Source of the DNA: Bugula neritina
Lineage: Eukaryota; Animalia; Bryozoa
Reading direction: 5' to 3'
Length of the DNA: 64,000 bases
Assembly: GCA_964035545.1 (NCBI GenBank)
Contig: OZ037768.1
Span: 11,688,741-11,752,740 of the forward strand
Every line of letters begins with the position of its first letter. The first letter of the stretch is position 1. This document shows positions 49,422 through 63,627 of the stretch, piece after piece. Both the position numbers and the translations under genes were made by a program. Below the pieces are notes generated by a model. That model ran no database searches, had not been told where the DNA came from, and saw only the letters and a program-made list of their open reading frames with translations.

Positions 49422-50579
49422 ATATCCTTATGGAAGTGGGCACAGCAAGTGGCTAAAGAGCTCACTAAAATAAATAAATCACTTTTCAAGAACAAATACT
49501 GTAAGCCAAACAAATTGAGTGCTATATCAATCAAGAAGAAAATCAGAATGTATAAGACTACGCACTACTTTGAGCTTAGAATATAGAATGTCAAAAAGTT
49601 TAGTAGCTGCTTAAAAAAGACATAAAACTTTGTTATATTTAAAAAACTCAATAGTGAACTTGAAACATGGAATTGGTCTCATAATAAGAGTTGTTTAGAA
49701 TAATGAAATGTAATAGACACTTCCATAGGTCAATCAACCCAAACCTAAAACCTAAACAGTTACCAAAACAGCTAAAAATTGCACTACTTATAATTTTGTG
49801 ACACCTGGCAACTTATTTTTACAAAACTTTTCTATACCTGAATACAGGTATAGAAAAGTTTGAAGTATAAAAAATTCTGGTGTAGGACTATTAGTTTTTG
49901 TTAATAAAAGTGACATTATCTAGTTTATGAGATAATAATGCAAAACATGATAAACAGCAAAAAATTCTCTAAAAATTTACATCTTCAGTCAGTTTCTATC
50001 AGCATCTCACATGAATATAGATTACGTATACTTAAAATATAGCAAACTCATTACATATTGTAATTTTATACAATCATTTTGTCTAGTTATCTACATAATA
50101 TACATGAGTTGCAGGCTTTAGAGTTAGTGATATCAGCATCTCTGATAATATTCACCTGATACAATTGTCATATAAACATTAATAATAATTAATTTAATCA
50201 AAACTTAAAGATCAAATAATAATTAAAAACTATAATCACAACGACAATGACAATCATTCAATTTGATTTAGTCATTTACTCAGTCTCATAGTCACTATCA
50301 TAGTCAATGCCATGCTATTACTAATATTAATAACTATAAGTAATAACTAATACTCTGAGTCGTACTCATAGCCAAAGTGAAACTGAATGTGATACTGATT
50401 GTCATATAGTTACTGTTGGTGCTACAATAATATTGGTACTCATCACATTGTCAATATCATTATCATAATGATACTCATTGTGATTGTCAATGTCATTGAC
50501 TATTGAGTTTGACTTTCACTTTAACTTTAAGTTTGACATTTTCATTTTGATTTAGTAATAGTTTTACATTACTCATGAG

Positions 50580-50960
50580 TTTTGCGCCATAAGCTTTTGC
50601 CAGAGTGTGTGAAATTTTTGCGAGGTGAGCAACGATGCGAGGTAAATTATTCAACTATCTTATTTTTATGAATTTTCATTGTGATTTCATCCCACTTTCA
50701 GTTTGATTTTTGCAATAAACTGCTACAAAACTCGGCGGTTTCCGTTTGCTAACAAAATAGTTGACACGCGCAAGTTTGGACAATTTTGTTTGCCAACAAT
50801 GTGATGCGTGTCTACTGAGGACGCCCATATGTTTATTTATGCAATTCTGAGGTTTTTCAATCTACGCGTTTTGCCATATTGCTTCCGGTTTAGTTCACTT
50901 CTGCTCAACCTTCACGATTTGGCTTTCAGTCCCTTTCTTGCAGTTTCTCTGATGCTTTAA
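50580..50960. promoter_or_regulatory. Candidate bidirectional promoter between MZT2 and OSBP-B
   Basis: Local CpG enrichment in CpG-poor DNA between head-to-head genes. Contains an ETS-like CTTCCGG motif and a splice-donor-like GAG|GTGAGC. Confidence 0.4.
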
Positions 50961-52186
50961 TTTTAATACCATTTTTCGATATAACTATAAGTATACTATG
51001 ATTCATATCTGCTAAAAGCGTACTGCAGTGTTATAAACTGTAATTATTAGGTAACTCTAATACACGAACTTTCATTTAGTTGATTAGAATAAATGTCAAT
51101 TCGTTGAACTTAAAGTTAAAGTTAAACTGAAACTTGAACTTCAAGCTCATGTAATTTTATTTTTAATATTACTATTACTATTAGCCTTGGTTATACTTAT
51201 ACTTAATTATAATATTATAGTTATGCTTATAGTTGTACTATTACTATTAGTATTAGTGTTACTGTTACTCATAATTTTGCGCTTGTAGGTGTTACTGTTA
51301 GTGTTAGCAAAGTGTTCCAATTTTTACGAGGTGAGTTATACTAATACTTATACTTATAAAAAATTACTAATCAGTATCACTTAATGTTATACTAACTCTA
51401 AGTCTAACTTGTAGTTTAAGTTATTCTATTTGGATTTACTCCTAGTCCTAGTGACACCGACAGTGTTACACTTATAGTTATAAATTTGACTTACAGTTGT
51501 GAGTTACTGTTAGTGTTAGTGCTAGTGTTACTGTTAGTCTCATAGTGATAGTGAAACTGAATGCGATAGTAATACTAATAGGCTACTTACTTGCTCATAC
51601 TCAGATACTTATATTGATTGTGATGAACAGATAATCTTGAAGGCAATGATTATGATAATAATAATCATAATAAATACGGTAATCACCCCTAAGGCTAATG
51701 CATTTGTATTAGTATAAGTTAATTGTAAAAGTAATATTCAAGCTCCATGATGTAATAGTCAGGATGCTATTGATAGTGATGACGATAATTGATAAGGACC
51801 CTACCATAAACATTATCAGCATTCAACAGCATCATGATTATGATGGCAATTACTATCATCAGCATCAGTAAACTCGTACATTGGTTTTAGTTTTGAAGCT
51901 AGACCTAATGGGCAATTCGTAAAACTTAATTGTTATTCTACAGTAATTTATACTCATGAAGATAGAACACTGACCTTGGGCTCAGCTTGCTTATACTGAG
52001 TAATGATTATAGTCCCATGAGTTTAGCCTTGGTTTGGTTTGTGTTATTTTAATGATATGTCCAATCAACATTTTGTATTACTTATTTTGTTTTATTCAGA
52101 CTGACATTGGTCTACAATTATATTTATACTCAGATTTTTTGAAGACAAGTCTGAATATTTATTTGTAGTTACATTTGTGGATTGAT

Positions 52187-55100
52187 ATGGGAGATACTAA
52201 ACCCAAAGCCGAGTACAAAGGCTGGATTCACAAATGGACGAATTACATAAAAGGTTACCAGAAAAGATGGTTTGTGCTTCAAAATGGCATGCTTTCTTAC
52301 TATAGGTTCGTAATTTGTTGTGTGCTTTATAATTATTGATATATAAATGCCCCCTCCTGTACTTGAATTGGCTCTAGTAACCCATAGCAGCAGCCACTAT
52401 AAATATAGGCATCACTACTTATGACAGAGTAAGACATCACAGCAGCTATAGTCGTAGTGGCTGATGATCTTGGTTTTATTGTTCTTATAGAATAGTAATT
52501 CAATTATAATAACAAAGCTGAATTTCAAAGTTCTAAAGGTATAAAAATTGCACCCTTCATAAGTAATTGTGATTATTGTAATACTAGTGACAAGCAAACT
52601 GAGAGAGATAGTAGCCTGCACTTATTATTTATGAAGAAAATTTTTTAGCAAAAACAGCTAGAATTTAGTAAAAATTTCTACTAAAAAATCCTCTATTTCT
52701 GCAAAGGTTTCGCCTATACTCTGACTCTATCTTGAGGTTAAAAAGACGAAGTTACTAAAATACCTGCTACTAGTAGGATATCTTGACAGTCTGAGTTAAT
52801 CTAGTTTTAGTGTGGAGTTTTTTAAAGCAGTTACTCTTGTTAGAATTTAGAATGATTAGCTGTTATACAAATAAACTAATTTTATAGAGACATTTCATTT
52901 TTATAGTTTGTAGACAATACAACTGTCACTGCCCTTTGAAATAATACCTATTACTTCTAAACTAATGCAAACAATTAGACACATTGGATTACATTTCTGC
53001 ACTATTCCTTATTAGTGAATTAGGATATAGGACTGATTTCATAAAAGTTGCAAATTGTAGAAAGTTCTTAGTTTTAAGTGCATTTCTAGGTATGCTATAG
53101 CATCTACACATAGAAGTAAATAAATTATACGGATGTCGGTGTGCAAAATGCATAATCTAGATTCTAGTTAGTTGCAGACTAACATAATTTTTCAAAGGCC
53201 TAATTTACATATTACTTCAATGTTGAGACTTCTGATTTCAGTTAGAAATAGTAGATGGTCATGCTCTGTAAGTACAGTTTGTAGTAATATATATTTAGAA
53301 AAATTTACAGCTTATAAGGGTAGTGGCTAATACAGAAATAAGTTATCGTGGTGATGCTCGGGTATAATTATAATAAGATACAATTCATAACAAATTCATT
53401 GTCAGAGTAGAAATTACTCAGAATAAATTTTATTGGACAACTTTTGCATTAGTTAGGTATGAGATCAAAAAGGGGTTAGAGCAGCGCTGGCGAGATCACG
53501 GTAGGATCCCCAGCAAAGGTCATTACTGGTGTTAGAAAGAGCATGCAGTCACAGTTGCTCCTGCGCCACATATGAATAAGTCTTTGAAAAAAACTCTTTT
53601 CGCAGTGATAGCGACTATAAACATGCTTGAGATGTTATCGGATCAAAGGACCCTTTGCTACTTTTAAAGTGAACCTCTCCTGTAAATGCTGCAAATTTTC
53701 TGTAAATACCTGCCCACTACAATCAGTAGGTCTTCTGCATTTCTCTGTGCTGAGACAGTCTGCATGGTTGTAGAAGTCAAACGGAGATGGGGCACACTTG
53801 CCGAGGCACCATTAACCTACTCAATGCCATTGTGCACACTGAAGACTCATGCTGCTTTGTCATCTCTAATGGTGGAGCACACACATTCCACCTGAAAGCC
53901 AGTTCTGAAGTAGATAGACAAAAATGGGTGACCGCATTAGAGCTGGCCAAATCTAATGCTATAAGGGACATCGAAGGTGAGATATTGTCATTATTGTATA
54001 TATGGGGCTGATTTCATGGATATGCTTCACTTCAAAGCATCATCTGTTATAGTATAGGTGTATGATATTATGTTGCAAATGTATACTATAATGTTGCAGA
54101 TGTATAATATAATGTTGCAGATGTATAATATTGTGTTGCAGATGTATAATATAATGTTGCAGATGTATAATATAATGTTGCAGATGTATAATATAATGTT
54201 GCAGATGTATAATATAATGTTGCAGATGTATAATATAATGTTGCAGATGTATAATATAATGTTGCAGATGTATAATATAATGTTGCAGATGTATAATATA
54301 ATGTTGCAGATGTATAATATAATGTTGCAGATGTATAATATAATGTTGCAGATGTATAATATAATGTTGCAGATGTATAATATAATGTTGCAGATGTATA
54401 ATATAATGTTGCAGATGTATAATATAATGTTGCAGATGTATAATATAATGTTGCAGATGTATAATATAATGTTGCAGATGTATAATATAATGTTGCAGAT
54501 GTATAATATAATGTTGCAGATGTATAATATAATGTTGCAGATGTATAATATAATGTTGCAGATGTATAATATAATGTTGCAGATGTATAATATAATGTTG
54601 CAGACGAAGAGGAGGATGAATCAGATGACCAGTTGAGGGAAAAGACGTTTGACCCAACGGAGATAGAGGCTAGCATCAAAACACTCAGCAGTAAGATTGA
54701 AGATCTCACAACTTGTAATACTCTTATAGTGAATCATGGCACACAGCTGCAGAGATCATTGGCTGAGTTAGATCAAATACAATCAGCGGAGGAGACAACT
54801 TCAAAGATGAAAGCTATAAATGAGCGAGCCACTCTCTTTCGAATCACTACTAATGCTATGATTAATGTAAGCTACTGATCAAATTTTCACTTCACATTGA
54901 ATTTAGAGAATAATTGTTAACTTGAAAATTGGTAATTTGACTCTTCATATTGTTGATGTTAGTTGCCACGGTGACAGCTCTTCTATTATCCCCCATGGAA
55001 GAAGTGGACTTTAGCCGGGTGCAGTATAGTACTGCCTCCGTAACTCACTAAGCTTCGGGTCCAAAACCTCAATTCGTGACATAATAGAATACCAGATTTA

Positions 55101-58100
55101 ACTTGTGAGTCCGTTAAATTCGCCCACTTTGTCCCTATACACACATACATATATAAGCCACAAAACAGAGGTCCAAGCCCTTCTCATGACCTATGGAAGT
55201 TCGTGAGAACTGGAACCGTGAGATATGAAGAGAGCACTGTATATAGTTTCATGTCTAAATTATATGCATGCAAGCACAACTGCAAATATTTAAGTTCCCC
55301 TAATTAATGTGTATGGTGTTGCCTATATTTACTTGATCAAATCTTACAAGCATCTCTTTTAATTCTTTTTATATAAACTAAACATATGACAGATTGCTGT
55401 ACATGATACCTTAAACAGTGAACCCTATAGATTGTAGTGCATGCATTTGTGTAGCAATTAGTTAGTTTATACAACTCTTATCATAATTCAACTGGTCAAA
55501 GTTTACTTTTATCAACTTTAATTTGTAATTGACCCTGTTGGACTATAATCAGTGGAGGTTGTCAGTAATTGGGTATTGCTGATGACATTGCTTGAATGTT
55601 ATTAACATAGCTTCCTATAATAGTGCTTTGTGTTATGCTGTCGGGTTTTCTATCAGGTTTATAATAGTTTTAATTGCATGTATTTCTGTTGAAGGCGAGT
55701 AAAGATTACTTAGACTTAGTAATTGCTCAGGGGAGGAAATGGCAGAGCACCCTCAAACGTGAACACGATGAAAGGTTAGCCCTGCAGTCTATGGTGGAAC
55801 ATTTAGCTAAGCAGCACAGCTCTCTGGAACACAGGGCTAGGTCTTTAGTGAAGTCACCTGAGGCTGGGAACAACACCCCTCAACCTAAACCTATCACAGG
55901 TGCTGTGGATTAAATGCTAACTCCTATAGCAATTACAAACCTATTTATAATTTATTTATCTACACTCCAGTATATTTTAAAAAAAAGGCTTGAGTAATTT
56001 TAAATGCACACAAAACAGGCTTAATATTTAGTAACTTGTGGTTGGGTTGAGCTTTCCATTGCCACTGTAAACCGTAGGTGCAAGGTGTAAGCATAAACTG
56101 GGATTGTTGTAACCCCTATAGCATTCTCCCTTTCTGCTCTATTTTCCACGTCATTTCTATTTCTAAGGATTGTAATTGCTTACTTGGCCTCATCTTTGTA
56201 TTGAGTGATAACAAACCTTAGGCCCTGGCGTCCTTCATATAATAGTCATACTATGCAGTCTACTCTGTAGTCTTATACTGTGTGAGATTTAATCTACTAT
56301 TGCAAGGAACAGCAAATTCTGAGCCTCCTGTAGTGTAGTTGGTATTTACTCATCTCTGATGTACTGAAGGCTGCTGATGGGTTTATTTGCTTCATTCAAA
56401 TGGACTTATATATTTACCCAGCAATATTATGACTAATCAATTAAATTCAGTAGCAAGATCAGTTATTCAGATTAGCGCTATTGAATAACATACTGAAAGG
56501 GTTATTTGTTATATGGTAATTCTACTAGCCTATCATAGTCTGTGAGTTTAATTTAAATTACTGGCTGACTCAAAATTGCTAAGTGTACTGTCTACCACAT
56601 GTATGTGTGTAGTAGTATCATCACTATGGTTTATGCTGTTAGTTGTGTTGTTGCAGTGACTAGTAGTGATGACGAAGATGACTTTGAGGACGCCGTGGAG
56701 GAGCAGACTGAACAGTTCACCATAGTCATGCCTAAAACTAGTCACCTCAAGGGTCACTTGTAAGTTACTATACCTTCTGTAAACAAGTTCTTACCTAGCC
56801 TGTGATCTGAACTTGGTATATTTTGAGTTTTTGGAGCTAAGGTATCGTGAGTGATAAGCTGGTGTATCATCCACTTAGTGTAAAATCAAGGGGTTTAGTT
56901 TAAGAAGTCACTTGTATTTTGAAAATAAATTTGCACAGTAATCAAAGTTAAAGTGCAAGTTAATAGTTGTTTCTGTTAACTTATTCAGTTTCTTCTAAAC
57001 TCTAAAGTAACACTAATTTCTCTGTTGAGCCATGACTACTGAACTCACTTTCGGCACACCTGTAATTTAGAGGTGAATACAAGCTTGTACCTATGTAGTG
57101 TAGCATTAGTTAGCTCCAGTACACTTGCCAGCCTTGCCCTGCAACTAAAAGTTAAACCAAGAACTGGATACTTAAAGGATTGCTCTATCTTAGTTTATTA
57201 CAATCACATTATACTTATGAACTATAATCTAATGTGTATGCAAACAATTGTGACTTTGCAAAGCGATATATGCCTAGAAAACAGCTTTTCAAAATTCCAA
57301 TTTTGAGGGAGGTAAAATTTTCAGCCATGAAAAAGAATAGCCTAATACGTGACGTGTGAACGCCAGTAACTATGCTGCACGTGCTAACTATAACGCTAGT
57401 ATTCAAGGTTGCTGAGCACAATATCAACCAATAACGCTCAAGCAGTTACAGTGCGCTATATAGGTCAACTTTGGTGCGCCCGTAATATTGCACAATCTGA
57501 CCTAGTTTAGATCGATCGCAGGCATTCATCCTAAAGAATGCATGCTTTTGCAATGCTTTTTTCTAATGGTTACAAGCAAAATATAGCCTAATGTTATTAC
57601 ATACATGTTATTTAAAATGTCAAAAAACTATAGATTAAGATAATTCACATTTGCACTTCTATAAATATACAAATTACGAGCTGAAAGATCACATCTCACA
57701 GTCATATTTCTATAGTTATTCATTTGTATAGTCACGTGACCAGCAGGAATGCTGGCGCTGTTACGTCACAGTTCCCAGCTCATTTCAAAATCGGCGTTTT
57801 GGCTGTTACCAATCTACACCCTCAACTTCAAATAACTTTTTCTACCTTTGGTCAAATGCTTTTTGTCAATGCATGCTTAGAAAAACACAATATTATGTGT
57901 GTTTGACCTAAATGGCCATTTATTAGACAAGATAGAGCAATCCTTTAAGCAAATCAGAAATCTACGTTTTTGCATCTAATAGTTAATTTGGTGTTGAATT
58001 GCAGGTCAATCATTGTTTGGCTATGTACAAGTAAAAGCAATGCTAAATTCATTTGTTAGCTAATAGAAAGTTTCATGCCTTGGGCTTGACCTGGTATTCT

Positions 58101-61100
58101 TTCAAGTGTTTGAAGGAATTCTCTTCACATCATATCACTATTTACCTAAACAACAAAGTGTGCATATTAATGGATATTTTTGCTAAACCCTAGTTTTCTT
58201 ATTTGCCTTGTTGACTGCCATACCCACGTCCTTTAACAGTATTACTTGTAATGTTTATTAGATTCCCACAGCCGTCTTTACACGGAGTATTAAGGTACTT
58301 TAGTAATTGTTTGCTCTCTTTGGTATTTTTGTATCATGTCATACTGTCTTTCTGCTTTTGATTATTGTTTATTGATTGCACTCTTAAAGTTCTAATTCAA
58401 GTTCAAATGAAAACTCTGTCTTCCACTCTAACCTAATGTGTTCTTGCTTACAGCTGTGCTATCTATTTGTATATAGTAGATTCTTGGCATGCTTATATTT
58501 TGTTGCCTACGAACCTACCAGTGGTTTGGCGATGCTAGTTGGTAGCTCCAACAACTTGTGTAGTAATAGAAAACTTTTTATTTTCGTGAAATTATTTGAT
58601 CAAATTTTAAAAGGCATGAGATAAGCTATGTTACATTATACATAAAATTAGGTAGCAGATTGCATAATCAGCTCTTTAAGAAGATACTGCAAATGCTATT
58701 AATTATTAATTATAGAAAACATATTGACTACATAACAGTTTAGATTACTATAGCATTTTTTATGGAACGTTAGATCAGTACTTTATAAATAAAAATTTTA
58801 TAAAAAATATCAAAACTGTTATATAGTCAATACGATTCTTGTAAAACTTTTTACTATAAAACAATTACTCAACATGAACGTTTACACACATGTAAATACC
58901 TATGAAATCTTATAATTTTAATAGCCTTGCATTGACCATTAATTTATTTTTTGTTGGTTATGTTGTGGGTTGTCTCCTCTATGTCCTGGTTAAAGTTGTA
59001 AGTTCCCGAGAAAACAGGTGTCCAAGGTTACAAGTGCTAACAATAAAATTGCTATGTTCCTTCCCCAACTATTCCGAAGTTATAAGATACTCTGCTTTTA
59101 CCCAATTGTCACAGTAATATAACTATCTCCTTCCACCATGGGTAGTGTGTTCAAATACCAACTAGCACTGCTAGACCTGTTGAATGGCAAGCTGTTTGTT
59201 GTAATAATGTGCCCATGATCATCTTACCAAAACATTGCTCCCTGAGTAGCGGTTAGGTATGTTCTTGTGCCAGAAATTTAAGCTTAGATTATGCTTAGAT
59301 GCTGCCTGTAGATGATTTAGACAAGTTGTCATTTCAGTACCATTTCAATCTCCAAACCATCTAAATGGTATCCTTAGAGTTTTCTACAAACTGTCATAAT
59401 TGTAATATTAGCTGTAACAGAAGACCGTTTGATTAGTTGGGTGTAAATTTTCATTTTAGCTCAAGTAGCATATATACTTGTTATTTTTAAAACACTTGAA
59501 TTTTATTTCAAACATGGCATCTAGAATGAGGCTATGTTTTAAAAAAAATCACAAGTTATCACCTACCTCTAAATAATCATGCCTGGGTGTTTTGGTAATA
59601 CATAATTACAGTAGTATAGTACAGTAGTAGTAATATGAAACAACACATTATTGTTGAAATTGGTTAATTGTTGGGTGTAATGTAGCTGTGAAGGTCACAT
59701 CGTGTTTATTAATCTTGCAGTTTCTGTTCTCCATTTTCGATAGCTTCAATTTCTCATCATGTAAACTAGAGTTGGATCTTCACTATAGACTTAGCTCTTC
59801 TTAGGCTCAGCACTTACATACACCAAAAAGACTGAGGGAAAGCTTATGGGAATAGCATAATTTCACAGTTATTATCACTACACTACTCAAATTGTTATAA
59901 TTATTTTATCATAGATGCTATCATCTATGCAATTGATTTTAAAGTTAAGAAAAACATAGGCTTTATCAGGTCAGTGCTCGAATGAATGTTAGTCCTAATT
60001 AATATTCTATCATAACGTTAACCATCACCAGTGTTGCTGGTAGCCAGTTTAATATAAGAGATGGGAAATGAAGGGAGTCACTTAAGTTGTGCTAGGTCTG
60101 ACAGAACTCCCAGCAATTCTTCTAAGTCGCATCACCAGCATGAGCGCAAAGCCAGGTAGGCATTGACCCTGTTAAGAGTCGAAGTGTTGTAGCCTGCAGG
60201 GTATAGCAGTGTGTTTGATGCTGTACTGTTGTGTCATCTGAACTGTATTAGAGATATCCTGCAGGTTGTCAATCAGCCGAGCTTTGCCTGTAGCTTTAAT
60301 GTTTCTTCTGATGTTTATTGTTGTGTCCTCGTATACATGTGCTTTTGTTCATCAGATTATAATAGATAAACGTACAGTTGTGTTCAAATATCATTGGCAG
60401 CAAACAAATGAATGTTTCATATGAGTTACAACTCTTGTGATTCACCAAGCCTCCCTGATTCTACACATTAGAGCCTTAAAGAGACATTCAGGGCAGTGAT
60501 AGTTACCAGGGTTTCAAGGGATATTATTTACTACATGTATATATTTTAGGGCTAAACAGTATAATATAGGGGCTATTATAATATTTATCTTTAAAGTAAA
60601 GGCAGGAAAATCCTCAGTAGTGTTATATATAAAAATTAGTTTCGGAACTTCACTAGAACGTGCAGAAGATATCGTGTAAAACAAACTGTATTAGTCACAA
60701 GAGGCAACACCATAGCTGAATAATACTTCCATAACTATGTTTAGTAATAATACTTGACAATGTGGGAACAACTGTGCTCATACACACTTTTCCACACTTC
60801 CCTGTTGAGTTGCAACACACGAATATGAATTTGTGTAGCAACAGCTCTGAATAAACCATACTTATCATAGTTTTCATATTAGTGGTTGCCATGTAATGAC
60901 ATTTGCTGTTTCCTTTGGTCTCACTCTAATGGAAGTTGTAAGCCATATGCAATGAGATGGAGCAGCAGTAGTTATAGACACGTTTGAAGCTGCCAAATGT
61001 TTACCTCCATCATTTTAGATTTGAATAATAGCTGTGCTTGCATAAATTTCGATTTTTCTTTAAATTTAGGAGGAATCGTTTGCTATGGGATACCCCAGTC

Positions 61101-63627
61101 TTAGGATTTGAACTTAAAATGATCCCTTGTTGTGGATCTTCTCACCAGCATGTTTTCTGACTTTCAAGATTGCTCAGGCTGAAGATTTTATGCCAATAAT
61201 GTCAAGTAGATTCTTGTTTACCAGATTGTCATTTAGATGTACTAGTAACGCACCACTGCACTATAATACGACGTATAAGTGTAGAGTTTTATATGGAACT
61301 GTATACTTTAGACGCTCACCGAGTGCCGTGAGTGGAGATAGCCTGGGCTTCCAAAGACAAGGCAGTGACTCCAGCAGTGAGAGTGGAGATGAAAGGGAGA
61401 CAGCCATGGTGATCTACTCCAAGAACTCGGTAGGCTACATCTAGTTTTTCTCTAACAGCTCTAACTATCAGTTGCTCAGTGCTAAGAAGTTGTGTTGGTT
61501 TGAAGTCCTCTTAGCCTAAAACGTAGACACTTTCAATAGAACTGATCAGTATTCACAACTTACTCTGCTAAAAAATGCTAGAAGCAGCATAGAGTTGTTG
61601 GTCACTGAGTGCAGTGATTTGGTGGTCTCAGGTTTATAGTTCGGGACACCAACCCCCCCCCCCCCATCTATACAAATACTATAATCAGTCACCTCCAACT
61701 CGGTGCTGCTTCTAGCAATCTTCCAATGTAAAAGCTCAACAGTTCACAATATATTACACAAAGATTTTATTCCGATTCTGATAGGTATTTGTCTCACTGT
61801 TCAGGCTGAGATGGCCAATGTAATAGGTAGGTGTGTAGGTAGGTAGGTGTATTGCTAGTTATTGTTGTTGCAGGTAAAGGCATCTACTTCCTCTGCCAAC
61901 AGACCTGGCTCTGGTTCAAAAACCGTAGTCATACCAAATGGTGCTGCTAAGAGAAACCGGCGAAAATGTATCCCGGATAAACCCAACTACAGTATCAATC
62001 TGTGGAGTATAATGAAGAACTGTGTGGGGCGAGACCTTTCTAAAATACCTATGCCAGTATGTATCACTCTGTTTTCTCTCTAGTTGTTGATTCAGAGTAA
62101 ATCTGTGTTGTGTCACTTGTTATTACTTGCTTGCTTGCGTTTAATGTAGTTAGTAGTAACTTTTCTTCAACTTGCGTTTGCTTGTTGCGAAAAAGGATAG
62201 AGTATATATATAATGTTATATAATAATAATGTCACTGCATTATATCAACTCAAACTCTGACCTATGGTTATTTTTACTACTTTATAATGTATCGATTTCA
62301 GGTTAACTTCAATGAACCCATGTCTTTCCTGCAAAGACTGACTGAAGACTTTGAGTATTCCTATTGTTTGGATAACGCTGCCAAGTGTGACCAATGGGAG
62401 CAGATGTGTTGGGTGGCTGCCTTCACCATCTCCTCGTATTGCTCTACCACTACTCGTACTGGTAAACCGTTCAACCCTCTGCTAGGGGAAACATTTGAAT
62501 GTGACAGGAGAGATGATTTGGGTTGGAGATCATTTACGGAGCAGGTGGGCATCATGGTGGTAGTCACATGTAGAATTCAATTTCGATTTACAGCTAAAAT
62601 TAATTTTAGGTTTGTTTTATCAACTTTTTTGAGCTAATATTGTTGCATTTGAAGACAGAATAATTATTGTTAAAGTCCTCTAAAAGCTAGTCAATATTTT
62701 TGTGAGTTTTATTGGGCAGTGGTTCTTATATTGTTAGGTTAGCCACCATCCCCCAACCTGCGCCATGTATGCCACTGGGAATAGTGGCTGGAGTCTGGAG
62801 CAAGAGTTCACCATGTCTAGCAAATTTAGAGGGAAATATCTACAAATTATTCCACTAGGTACGAGGCTGATCTGAGACGGTAGTTAATAGTTTAATTTTA
62901 TGATGCTTCAATTCCTCATTTCCGATATAGGCTGGTATTAGGCAGAAACATGTTGAAATACTATGAAAGAAAAGAATAGATTTCTTATTTAAATTCTAAC
63001 TATAAATAGCAAGAATTTAAGTTGTTTATAACTACTCGGTTGGCTATAGTTTCTTTTTTCAAAATTGTTTAAAGAACAACTTGTCACCACTAGTGAGTAC
63101 GAGCAATTAGCTTGTCTGTTAAATAAAATTGTTATCTCTTGTGTTGTCTGTCAGGCATTGCTCACTGCAAGTTTGATGGAAGTGGTAACCACTACACGTG
63201 GCGGAAAGTTACAACCACAGTACATAACATCATAGTCGGCAGGTTGTGGGTTGACAATCACGGTGAAATGGACATTGTAAATCATAAAACAGGAGATAAA
63301 TGCCATTTGAAGTTTTCAGCCTATAGCTACTTTAGTAAAGACATACCCAGAAAGGTAAATTATGGTTTTGTTTATACATATAACTTTTTTAACTAGTTAC
63401 AAGTTACATTCATTTATTTGGTGTTTCATGTTTTTATATTTATTATTACTTTGTTGAACAGGTGACAGGTGTGGTGACAGATAAACAAGGTACCGCAAGG
63501 TGGGTGTTGAGAGGCACTTGGGATAGTCAGATGGAAGCTGCCAAAGTTCTTGGTACTTCACAACATGGCAGCAAACCCGTATTTGAAACTGGAGAATATA
63601 AAGTTGTGTGGAAAAGAAAGTTTCCGC
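52187..63627 (+). CDS. OSBP: Oxysterol-binding protein 1-like paralog B (3' end outside window)
   Basis: Approximate exons 52187-52305, 53774-53977, 54604-54866, 55695-55899, 56657-56759, 61312-61429, 61874-62056, 62302-62543, 62739-62858, 63155-63354, 63462-63627. PH domain [34 protein letters not shown]-like [44 protein letters not shown]. Confidence 0.96.
54058..54603 (+). repeat. 21-bp minisatellite (ATGTATAATATAATGTTGCAG) x ~26 ending at a splice acceptor
   Basis: Read directly; the last unit's TTGCAG is the 3' splice site of the OSBP exon starting at 54604. Confidence 0.95.
57176..57944. mobile_element. Kolobok-like TTAA MITE, copy 2 (in an OSBP-B intron)
   Basis: Same TIRs and TTAA flanks as 10496..11263, with scattered substitutions. 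Confidence 0.85.
61577..61716. repeat. Short hairpin-type interspersed repeat, related to 9206..9368
   Basis: GCTAGAAGCAGCATAGAGTTG..TCACTGA is mirrored by TCAGTCACCTCCAACTCGGTGCTGCTTCTAGC. Confidence 0.6.

Noticed and set aside
54040-54709. 205-, 192- and 207-aa repetitive ORFs (LQHYIIH, MLQMYNI, SATLYYT)
   Set aside because: These are translations of a 21-bp intronic minisatellite that lacks stops in some frames.
60020-60154. Possible extra OSBP-B exon ending at CAG|GTAGGC
   Set aside because: The acceptor and phase could not be fixed confidently, so it was left out of the gene model.
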